A stretch of DNA of 63,258 nt, the filler included, from Olpidium bornovanus S191 (lineage: Eukaryota > Fungi > Olpidiomycota), in assembly GCA_017911155.1 (NCBI GenBank). It is 29 parts of 29 records of this genome, joined end to end, with 100 filler letters (N's around TTAATTAATTAA, not from the genome) between each part and the next. Parts side by side here need not be neighbours in the genome. Positions count along the whole stretch, not along the records: positions 7,521 to 11,251 come from JAEFCI010005463.1; positions 11,352 to 12,596 come from JAEFCI010008581.1; positions 12,697 to 15,602 come from JAEFCI010006492.1; positions 15,703 to 17,447 come from JAEFCI010010730.1; positions 17,548 to 19,625 come from JAEFCI010001762.1; positions 19,726 to 21,419 come from JAEFCI010008540.1; 23 more parts are not named here. One strand, written 5' to 3'. Position numbers and translations under genes: made by a program. Position 1 is the first letter of the stretch, and each line of letters starts with the position of its first letter. Positions 10,040 through 19,885 of the stretch are shown in pieces. The notes beneath the pieces were generated by a model. The model was given only the letters and a program-made list of their open reading frames with translations, did no database searches and had not been told where the DNA came from.

Positions 10040-11094
10040 TGTTGAAGTTGGTTTTACTCGCGCTAAGGCGTGGTATTGTACATGGGGGTTAACGCGTTAT
10101 AAAGGAGAAGGAAACATTAGGGGGTTCCGATCAGCTGTATTTACTGCACGCATCGTATCCTACACTACAATGCCACAGATTTGTTGAAAATCTCCGGTGC
10201 AAAACCGAATTTTTATTTTAGTATCAAATTAGTTACAAATAAGGGTGAAGTGCCTCGTTCACCTTCAGAACAACAAGCAGACGAAGACGGAAATGAGGTT
10301 GAAAAGATCATCGGGCAAAGAAAAAACTAGGACAGGTATGCATTATCTTGTAAAATGGGTTGGATGCTTTGAATCAGAGTCAACCTGGCTTCCAAGATAA
10401 GAGTTAAGGAATGCAAAAAATGTTCCTACAGATTTGAAACCAAGAACAGCAAAGTAAAGAGTAAGTTTATCGATAACAATTTTTCTATCAATAATCCAAT
10501 TGGTCAATTCCTTAATCCTGCATTTTCCTCAATATCTGCGGAACCGCGAACTGTTACTGGAACTATATACTGGAACTGTGTGCTGTGGCACTGCCCTAGC
10601 CCCGACCGTCACCCTACGCCAAGGAGGAAGCCATTAAAGGCGGCGGCGGGCGGGAGGCGGAGGCGGGGACAAGACGGCCTGGGGCCCGACCAATGGGATA
10701 GTCCTCCCCCTCGGAGCCCGCCAATAGAAGAGCCATCCCTCCCGCAATAACGCCACACGCGGGAACCCACCGCCAACCACACCACCCCCCCTGGTAAACG
10801 ATACTGCCCCCGCGCGCAACTGCGCACGAGTACGGAGCCCCGCGTGCGGACCACGACCGCGCGGAGAAGCAACCGCGTCACCGGACGAGCAGGGACCGAC
10901 TCGGACGACGTCCTGCCCCGATCGGTCTCATAGGGCATAAATAGCGCTCGTCTCGCTCCGTAACTCCGCCCCCTCACCTAAGACCCGCAACTCCCCGGTT
11001 CACAGTTCTTTTCCCACTCGCAAGCGCGTCACCTTACCCGTAGCACCCGGACCTGACGTCGCAATAAAAGAGACTTGAACCTAGCCGCAGCACA
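10040..11094. mobile_element. LTR-like repeat, copy 2, interrupted by about 600 bp of other sequence
   Basis: TGTTGAAG start and GCACA end. The two halves align to copy 1 on either side of unrelated sequence at about 10110-10720. Confidence 0.62.
10294..10425 (+). mobile_element. Decayed chromovirus chromodomain remnant
   Basis: EVEKIIGQRK/TRTGMHYLVKWVGCFESESTWLPR*ELRNAKNV with a 1-nt frameshift and a stop. Confidence 0.75.
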
Positions 11095-11111
11095 AACTGG
11101 TACTAGCTGTG

Positions 11112-11158
11112 ACAGGCCAGATACCAGACCTGGGACATAGGTCTGGTACCTGGCCTGT
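11112..11158. repeat. Inverted repeat, 20-bp arms, 7-nt loop
   Basis: ACAGGCCAGATACCAGACCT-GGGACAT-AGGTCTGGTACCTGGCCTGT, one mismatch. Confidence 0.9.
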
Positions 11159-11527
11159 GACACCGGTCATCCAAGCCTTCGTTGTTTGACTTGTAGACAA
11201 GCCAAGCTGGACGACTGGTTTCTGCTCGAAGCACCGAGGCTGCTTTACATGNNNNNNNNNNNNNNNNNNNNNNNNNNNNNNNNNNNNNNNNNNNNTTAAT
11301 TAATTAANNNNNNNNNNNNNNNNNNNNNNNNNNNNNNNNNNNNNNNNNNNNCATGGGTTGTTTAGGCGAGTCGCAAACAGGCTGTTTTTGGTTCACATTT
11401 GGTAAGGATTTCTCTGGGTCTCTCTAGACCAGACAAAAAAGCGGCTCGTGGGGAATGTTTAACTTTTGTTTTGTGCGTCCTGCGAGGTGCACGAGACTTT
11501 GGATGTGGGCGCCAGGAGCACCCCACC

Positions 11528-11579
11528 AAATGTTTCGCCGGATAGGAAAGGCACACCTTTCCTATCCGGCGGAACATTT
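11528..11579. repeat. Inverted repeat, 24-bp arms, 4-nt loop
   Basis: AAATGTTTCGCCGGATAGGAAAGG-CACA-CCTTTCCTATCCGGCGGAACATTT, one T-G pair. Confidence 0.92.
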
Positions 11580-11987
11580 TAGAGTGCGTAGTTTGGAGAC
11601 CCACCTTGGCACGCTGAAAATAAAAAATTCTCGATAGACGAAACGGGGGCTATCCCAAAAAAAAGGGTTTTGCGCAATGCGAGCCACCCGCCCATTCCCG
11701 CGGTTTTCCGGTCGGCCCACTCCATCCACAAATTGCGTTTCGCGAGCAAGCGAGAGATGACATTCGATGAAATGGGGCCCGAGTGGGAGGGCCGTGCAGT
11801 TTCAATTTCGGCGTCGCGGAAAAATGGCAGACGGGAAAACTTCGCGGGATGCAAAAACAAGGGCACCAGAGTTTCAAAACCGGGAGATGGGTTGCGGAAA
11901 TGATTTCGGAGAAATTGCGGCTGCGGTGGGGTGCCAGGGGAGCAAGAGAAGAAAAATTTTCGAGACAAAAAAAGCAGAGGGAAAACC

Positions 11988-12479
11988 CTAGGACCGGAGG
12001 ATTTGCGAGATGTCCTTGACGTCGCCGCCGTGGTAGGCCCCGGGGCCGGCGCCTTTGGACGTGCTGTCCCTTCCGGCCAGGCCGCGGCCCTTGCCCTGCT
12101 CGTCGAAGCGCTGGGCGTGCGTGCCGCGGTACCCCTTGGGGTCGGTGAGGCGGTCGAAGACGTTCTTGTCCGCCGAGGCGGCGGCGCTCCGGGGAGCGCC
12201 CGCTGATTTCGGTGCGGCCTCGCTCTTCGATGCCGGGCGGTCCCGGCTGCCGCCGGCGCGGTTGAGGCTTTTGTTGGAGGAGCGCACGGCCGAGTATTTC
12301 TTCACGGGCGGCTTGTTGTCCAGAGCCTCCGCGGAGTTGCTGACTGCGCGCTTCTGTTTCGACGCCGGGTCGCGGCTGACGATGGTCGACAGGTTCCGGG
12401 TCGCGTCCTCGGCGTCCACTTGGCCCGCCGCGCCGCGTCCGACGCCGTTGTCGTCGAAGCGGGCTTTGTGGGCTCCGGT
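11988..12479 (-). CDS. Terminal exon of a TPPP-like protein with two partial p25alpha motifs
   Basis: CAG acceptor at 12482-12480. Motif 1 is TGAHKARFDDNGVGRGAAG; motif 2 is VFDRLTDPKGYRGTHAQRFDEQGKGRGLAGRD. Stop at 11988. Confidence 0.88.
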   Translation of the reverse strand, partial: TGAHKARFDDNGVGRGAAGQVDAEDATRNLSTIVSRDPASKQKRAVSNSAEALDNKPPVKKYSAVRSSNKSLNRAGGSRDRPASKSEAAPKSAGAPRSAAASADKNVFDRLTDPKGYRGTHAQRFDEQGKGRGLAGRDSTSKGAGPGAYHGGDVKDISQILRS

Positions 12480-12696
12480 CTGCCGGGGGCGACAATCGGC
12501 GGCGGCGGGTGGTTGGGTGGTGGGGTGGGGACGTGCCGGGGGGGGGGGGGGGGGGTGGGGGGGCTTTTTTTTTTTTTTTTTTTTTTTTCCTTAGCGNNNN
12601 NNNNNNNNNNNNNNNNNNNNNNNNNNNNNNNNNNNNNNNNTTAATTAATTAANNNNNNNNNNNNNNNNNNNNNNNNNNNNNNNNNNNNNNNNNNNN

Positions 12697-12733
<37 letters not shown>

Positions 12734-12735
12734 AG

Positions 12736-12779
<44 letters not shown>

Positions 12780-12780
12780 C

Positions 12781-12811
<31 letters not shown>

Positions 12812-12833
12812 AGAAAAAGAAAAGGAGCACGGT

Positions 12834-15602
12834 ATGACGACCGCCGCTGACGCCGTCCTTGCCGGTGCGGGCGCTGCGGGCGCGAAGCGGGAGGCGCGGG
12901 ACGCGGGCGTGGGGGCGCCGGCGGATGCGGAGGCGCAGCTCGGTCGGGCGCGACGCGCGCCGGCCGGTGAGGAGGGGGGGAAGAAGGCGGCGAGCACGGC
13001 CGTCCCGGCGGCGGCGGCCGAAACAAAGGGGCACGTGCGCCCGGCCGCCGACCGGGAGGCCCAGCAACGCGGACGCGTCGTCGCCGGAGCCGCATCCAAG
13101 GATGTGCGCACAGCAGCGGACACGGATGCGGCTCCTCGCGCGGAGGTAAGCGGGGATAAGGGGGAGGTCTGGCGCGCGGGATCGGGCCAGATCGGGGGGC
13201 AGGCGGGGGAGAGGCAGGGGAAGAAGGGGGGGGAAGACGGGGAAAAGGCCGGAGGGAGGGAGAAAGACGCGCTTTTTCGCGGGGATGTGTTGGCGCCGCG
13301 TCGAGAGCTCTCCTCGTTCGTGACGATATTATCCTTGCCGGCAGGCTCCCAAGCAAGGCGATCCCAGCAGTGAGCCCGTGGACGAGCGTGCCGCCGGCGG
13401 GATGAAGGTAAGCGCCGCCAGCAGCGGTATCGGGTTTTGCTCGCTTGGCATCCCGAGGAACACTTTAATTTTTTCAGACCCCCCTCGCCGCCCGCCTCTC
13501 ACTATCGTCGCTGCTCTGATCTGCAGGAGAGAAAGCCGGACGGATTAATTGCTGGAATTTCTGGTAAAAGGCTGAAGGCGAAATCGCGCACGATGACCCG
13601 AAGCGACGACTGCCCGGCCAGCGGCCTGACGGGAAAGACGGTCAGTGGGGAGCTGAACGGAAAACATTCTTGCTGCGCACAGCGGTAACAAGTGTTGCGG
13701 TAGTGTGTTGGCTGACTGCAACTTTTTACCGACGAAGGTTACGAAGCAGGATCGGAAGAAGGAAGATCGCATGGGAACCCCTCCACGTGATGTTGTGCCG
13801 CGTGGCGCGCGCGTCTTCGGCTCGACGGAAGCAAAGCCGGCCGTCGCCGTCGCGGCAGCAAAGAAGCCGGTAAGCTGCGCCGCGGTTTCGTTTGCTGTGC
13901 GGCGAGTGTCTTTTGCGTGCGGGCCGAAAACGTGGACGGTCAGCACCTTCCAGAAGGGCAATCTTCTAACGCCATTATTTGTCCTCCATTTCAGCTCGAC
14001 AACGTAAACACACTCGGCCACGGAACGGCAGCGGACTCCGGCGGACACTGTGCGATGCGCCCCACGGGCCCGGAGACTCGCAGGGAATCTGCTGTAAACG
14101 CGTCTTTGTCCGATTTGCCGTCCCCCCGGGTCGATTCGGTCCATACCGGCCGCCGCGCGTCGACGGAAGCGAAGGTAGGTCGTCAACATAGTGTTATAAT
14201 ATATTATGAATCTCGTCTCATCACCAAATTTGCACGTTCCGCAGCTCGCCATACTCTCTGTCATGGGCGGCAGCATGGACGAGCCGGAAGCGAATTCTGA
14301 AAATATCCAGCGGACCCGCGCCAGGGTCAAAGCGACTAAGAACTCACAGACGGGGCCGGTAAGGCAAATTGGGGAAAGTCGGTTCGCATTCGCTGTTGAG
14401 ATACGCGGGTAGGGAAGCTCACCTGCGTTGCATATCGTCTACGTAAGCTCCCCGAGCACCACACTCACGAGAGCGGCGACAACCGCGGCTCATCACCAGC
14501 TTTGCGCCTGCCGCAGCCCGCCAAATGCTGCGTCACAGGCGGCAACAGCGACGAGCCGGATTCGGATGTTGAAATTACGCAGCGAGCCCGCGCCAGGTCC
14601 AAGGCGGCTAAAAACTCATCGATTGCGGGGATGGTAAGGGAGACTGGAGGAACCCGGTTCGTGTTGACTGTTGAAATACACGGGTAGGAAAGCAAAGCTC
14701 ACCTGTGTTGCATACCGCGTACGTAAGCTCCCCGAGCATCAAACCCACGGTAGCGGCAACGACCACGTTTCATCTCCAGCTCGGCGCCTGCCGCAGCCCG
14801 CCAAACCCTGCATCATGGGCGGCAACAGCGACAAGACGAATGCCGAAATTACACAGCGATTTAGCGCCAGGGCAAAGGCGTCTAAAAACAAACCGATTGC
14901 GGGGCCGGTAAGGGAAACTGGGAAACGTCGGTTCGCACTAACGGTTGAAATACACGAAGAGGAAAGCTCATCCGCGTTGCATTTTGCATTTTGCCTACGG
15001 TAAGCTCCCCGAGCATCACATCCGCTATAGCAGCGACGAACACGGGAGCGCTAGCTCCGTTGAATCACAAATGCGTAGGGCTGCCGGACAAGACGTCGGA
15101 CTGGATATTGACGAGAGCGAGGATCTGCCGGAGCTGGGCAGTGACAATCTTGAAGGCCAGCGGTATCTTCCCACCCCTGTCGTGGAAGCCCTGACGCTCC
15201 CCATCAGCGAAGGCGAAAGAAGGCAGGTAACGGTTGGTAAAGAGGAGTACAATATCATTGGCGGTCCGCTCGGTGAGCTTGATCCGCGCGCCTGCGCCAA
15301 CGGGAAAAGGCGTCCACTTCCTTCCACGGGCATCAGCGGCCATGTGAACTGCCAGCGCGACAGGACGGCGCTCTTGCCTTCGCCGCAGGCGGAGTCGGCG
15401 GACCTCGGAGACGGCTGGGCCGCCAATCCTCGCGTCCACCACATCATCATCCGGCCCCGGGCTTCTTCTGACCTGCCATCCCCATGGCCGTCTGACGACG
15501 AATTTGACCCGAAGTGCGGCTCCAGCCCGAGAGTCGTCGTCGGCCTGGGCGGTCCCACGGCGAAACCCCGCCCCAAGCGGCCGCAGCCTCAGACTCTGAG
15601 GA
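12834..15602 (+). CDS. Unknown multi-exon low-complexity protein with tandemly duplicated exon-intron units, 3' partial
   Basis: ATG 12834 with a GTAAG donor at 13146. GTAAG...GCTCA(C/T)...TAAG introns lie at 14359-14447, 14634-14727 and 14908-15004 and flank phase-0 exons of 186 and 180 nt. No family recognised. Confidence 0.65.
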
Positions 15603-15702
15603 NNNNNNNNNNNNNNNNNNNNNNNNNNNNNNNNNNNNNNNNNNNNTTAATTAATTAANNNNNNNNNNNNNNNNNNNNNNNNNNNNNNNNNNNNNNNNNN
15701 NN

Positions 15703-16929
15703 CATGCTTTTATAAACGAGGCGTTTTGTACTCCGTACCTCTGTGTCCTTCGCCAGATCCAGGACGTGGTCACTGTGAAGCGATGGATCCGACGAGGTTG
15801 CGTCCGCATATGACGCTGGCGCACTAAACGGCGGGGCGTATTCCTGAACATTCCGTCTGAAAGGCAGCTTTTCGCATACCGGGATCCCTAACCTTTTTTT
15901 CTCTGAAACGCTCTCTTCTAGCACGTTGAAGGGTGTCTCCTGGGGGCCCCCAAAAATGACGAATCCACATCGATAAGTAGCAAATCCCGCCCGAAGGTGT
16001 TTGGTAAAACCCTGCGGCCTTACTTTTTTTTTCATCGTCGCTAGCACTTCGGGGTCTGAACGGCGTGTAAAGAGCTGCAGTGAGCGAAAGAACCGCGATT
16101 ACGATTTCTGCCGTCAACGGCCATACTGCCGCCCTCGACGGCCTCACCAGGCGCACGTTGAAATGCCGCCGTCTGCACATTATTCTCCCCTTCGGCAAGG
16201 TTAATCGCAGGCGACAGGACGTCGTCTCCCTCGTTGAGTTTTTCTTGCAAATGTGCCAGCTCCTTGTCGCGGGTTGCGATAGTTGAGAGCAGATCTTGAA
16301 ACGAGGGCAGCGACTATCAGGAATATAGGGAGAGAACCAGCATTGAGCTTGCGCTGATAGTGGAGCCATGAAAAGCGAGGGTCGGGAACCCACCTCCAGT
16401 CCTTCTGCACCAAAAGCGGTTTCTTCAATCGGCCAATTCGCCTGCACCTCCTCCAGTTTTTCGGCGTCTTCGTCGTCGTCATCCTCGATTTCCACGTTAG
16501 ACATCGCGCTGTCTACACCGAAGTCGTCCTGCCGCCCGAACCAGAGCACGTTGGTTCCTTCCTGCTCAATATTTGCGCCGCCTGGTACGTCCTATCTTGC
16601 CGGCAGGATACGGCTGGGGGTACGCACATCGATGTCTCCTGCGGCAAGCTCCTTGCGAATCTCTTCTGACAGGTCAAACGACTACCATCAACGAGGCATC
16701 GTCCGAGTAAGCTTTTTGGCATGCAGATGCGGCGTATACGTGGCAAGAGTACCTGGTCGTCCGAGGCAAGGCCATCCGGCGTGGGCGCCAAAAAAACCGC
16801 CGGAAGAAGCTGGCCGTCTGAAAAAGCTGCGGCTGCGTCATCGCCAGATTCTATTACACAGGGAGGCCTTCTCCGATCTGCTCCCACTCGCCAAGCGGCG
16901 AGTTCGCCGCCGCCTAAGCTTGCAGCCAT
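15703..16929 (-). CDS. Probable unidentified multi-exon coding fragment
   Basis: Protein-like segments in several minus frames (LSEEIRKELAAGDIDV, VEIEDDDDEDAEKLEEVQANW, EYAPPFSAPASYADA). Exon structure and family are unresolved. Confidence 0.35.
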
Positions 16930-17581
16930 AAGCTGTTCCTACGTCGCGCCGTTTGGAAATCAGCGGCCGTTGGACGCCCGCCTCCTCTATCCTGATCTGC
17001 CTGCCTCTCTCCCTGTCTCTCTCGCTCTCCCTAACTCTCTCTCTCTCTCTCCCCCCCGGCCCTCGGCTGGACCAGTGTGTGCGAGTGTGTGAGTGCGCGC
17101 GCGAATGTGTTTTGTCCGAGTGCGTGTGCGCGTGCGTGTTTGTCTGAGTGGCGCGAGTGTCAGTCCGTGTGTGCATTGCTGCATTTGTGCTCGACCCGAT
17201 TGCAAATGTTTATGGGTGAATTGCACCTCCCCCCGCCCCTCCTCCCTCCCCCCTCTGACATTGAACCCTAGTAGGTGAACATTCGGGCGCTGCCGCCTTT
17301 GTGCTGGGCTTCTTTGAAAAGGCCTCTTCAAGAGCGGTAGGACCTGGGTCAATCAGGAGACACAGTTCAACGCAACGTCGTACGTCCGGAACCACGCGCG
17401 GCACCAGGCGGACAAGCACAACTGCTGCGGAATTTTCGGCGCCATGCNNNNNNNNNNNNNNNNNNNNNNNNNNNNNNNNNNNNNNNNNNNNTTAATTAAT
17501 TAANNNNNNNNNNNNNNNNNNNNNNNNNNNNNNNNNNNNNNNNNNNNCATGCTGCTAGGAAATCGGCACGCGCAGGCTTAC

Positions 17582-19136
17582 GTCGTCCGCCAAGATCCCG
17601 CCAAAAAATTGCTCAGGTTGGCACGATTTTTCGCCCGTTACATTGTTAACGTAGACGCCCGGTTCGTCTTTCTTGACCTGCCAAAGACTGTTTACTTTGC
17701 TGGTCTCTTCTACGCCAAATGAACTGCACTTCTCTCTCTCCAGCATAAAATAGAGCGCTTGCTTCTGATGTCTGTACAATCTGGAAAGGAGCCTGTGATC
17801 TGCGCAAGACCGGGGTCACAATCGTCGTACGCACGCTGCCGACAGTCTACTTGGCGAATCTGAGAGCCAACAGACCTGGTTGTACTTCCGGCAGATTATC
17901 CGGACTCTGAAGGGAGGCGAACAGCGACTCTATCTGTGATTTCGCGTCTCTGCCTTGTGTCCGCATGGGTAGCCGGCCGACTGCGGGTGGCGGGCGGAGA
18001 GCGTTCACGTCGACACTAAAGTGCTTGTGAAGATTGAGATACCGGAAACGCGGGTTGGGCTGCAGCGGGTCCACGATCTGGATTCTGTTCGCTGCGAAGG
18101 AGTTTGAAACCGTTTCCGCCGTCCGCATTGGGCCGTACAGGGTGACGTGCAGGGCGGCGACGAATTGCTAGAAGTCAACGAGTAAAAGTAAGCGATTGGA
18201 CTCCACAAGTTCATGGCCCGAGCCGTGGGCATACCGTATCCGCGGTACGCGGAATACAAGCTTCAACATCGATCAACTTGGCGGCGATTAACCCCGCAAG
18301 TACTGGTCCAGCTGTGTTCATATCGACATATCCAATCTACGTATAACGCCCCTCCCCTCCCTGTCAGCGCGCACTTCCCTTGCATCCTCGCGGCAAACAT
18401 GACGCGTACCGGCCGACCTCCAGGTTGTTCAACGCGAATAGCTACAAGATGTAAAGAACCGTGAGACGAGCCGTACGACATACCCGTCAAAGAAACTTCC
18501 GCGACACGCAAATCACGACAGACCAGGCATTCCGCCCGGGAACCATGTGCGTTCCTCCAGAACGAGGCGCACCGGCTCTTCTCCTTCCCGTGTGGTAAAC
18601 TTGAGAGGCGCATGTACCAGCACGTGCGTCTTGATGATTCCAAAGCAAACGGGTTTGTTCGTAGCCACTTCGTCAACGTAGACATCGTCGCTCGAGTCCA
18701 CTTCGTCGGTCAGGTCAATTACCCCGCTCGTGCTCGGCACGCTCGGCTGCCCGGCGCCGCTCCAACCCTGCGCGGGGAAACCCCACAGCGGGCCCGTGAA
18801 GGCGAGTCGCTCCACGGAGTTCGACGTCGGTGCATCGGGGTAGACCTTCCTCCTCTTCAGGCTGGGAGATTGCGTCTCTTCGGACTCTGTGTCCGTCAGG
18901 TCGATGATTTCTCTGTGGGCGGTCGTCGGCAATCCACCGCCAGAGCCGCCGGTGCTGCCGGCGATGTCCGCAAGAAGGACCGAGGAAAAATTTTGAGGGA
19001 CAATGTTTGCTTCGTCGGCGTCTCGGACAGCCCGCGCGGACGCTTCGGTCTCCGCAAAGGCGAGAGCCGTGGCGTCGGTGATGACCAAGCGAGTCGCGCC
19101 GTCGCGCTTTTGCGCGCCCGCCGCGCTGGTCGCCAT
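17582..19136 (-). CDS. SNF2-family DNA-dependent ATPase, HLTF/RAD5-like, N-terminal part
   Basis: ATG 19136; PVCFGIIKTHV (HIRAN-like start); Q-motif YRHQKQALYFMLERE...SLWQ...YVNNVTGEK...GGILADD, then a GTAAG donor at 17581 just before the Walker A. Confidence 0.88.
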
Positions 19137-19726
19137 TTGTTTCTCTCTTCCGCCGGCGCCGGGGAAGTACGTGGGTGGAGGGCCGGCGGGGCCGCTGGGT
19201 TTGGGTGTGGGGGAAAGAGTTAGGGTTAAGAACCTCCCCGCCTTCCCCCGCAAATCACGTGACGATGGGGTCACGCCTATGTATCCCGCCGGCAAAAGCA
19301 AAATTGGCGCGGTTAACACACCCAAGGCCGCATCGCCTTGTCCACCCGGCATCATCGTCGCACAACACCCGACCGCCGCCATCGCTCTTCGGCTTGACGC
19401 CCAATGTCTGCCAGCGGCCAATCTGCTTCAATCTCCGCTGCCGCTGGGCGCCGCGCGTTACGCCTCACTCAGTCGATGACTGCCTGGCTCGGCCGCAACC
19501 TGTGGACAACCGCCGGGCTTCCGATGGCGAAGAACTTGCCCCGAAGGTCAGTTGCGCCCGTGTGAAACAAAACGGCTTTCGCACTTTGCTTCCTGTTGAG
19601 CTCTCACCGCAAGGTGACAACATGCNNNNNNNNNNNNNNNNNNNNNNNNNNNNNNNNNNNNNNNNNNNNTTAATTAATTAANNNNNNNNNNNNNNNNNNN
19701 NNNNNNNNNNNNNNNNNNNNNNNNNC

Positions 19727-19885
19727 ATGCAGCAAGGGGGGAAATCGAAGGATCCCGACCTTCAGCTCGTAACCAAACATTTTCTCTTGTTGTTGCAGAC
19801 CCGCAAAATACGCGTGCACGCTGCATACTTGCCTGGCAACCAGAACAGACTTGCCGATCGCGACAGCCGCCGTCTCGCAACCTCC
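19727..19885 (+). mobile_element. RNase H C-terminus of a DIRS/Ngaro-type (tyrosine recombinase) retrotransposon
   Basis: QQGGKSKDPDLQLVTKHFLLLLQTRKIRVHAAYLPGNQNRLADRDSR fits the DIRS RNase H pattern GG...L...I...A.YLPG..N..AD..SR. Confidence 0.7.
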
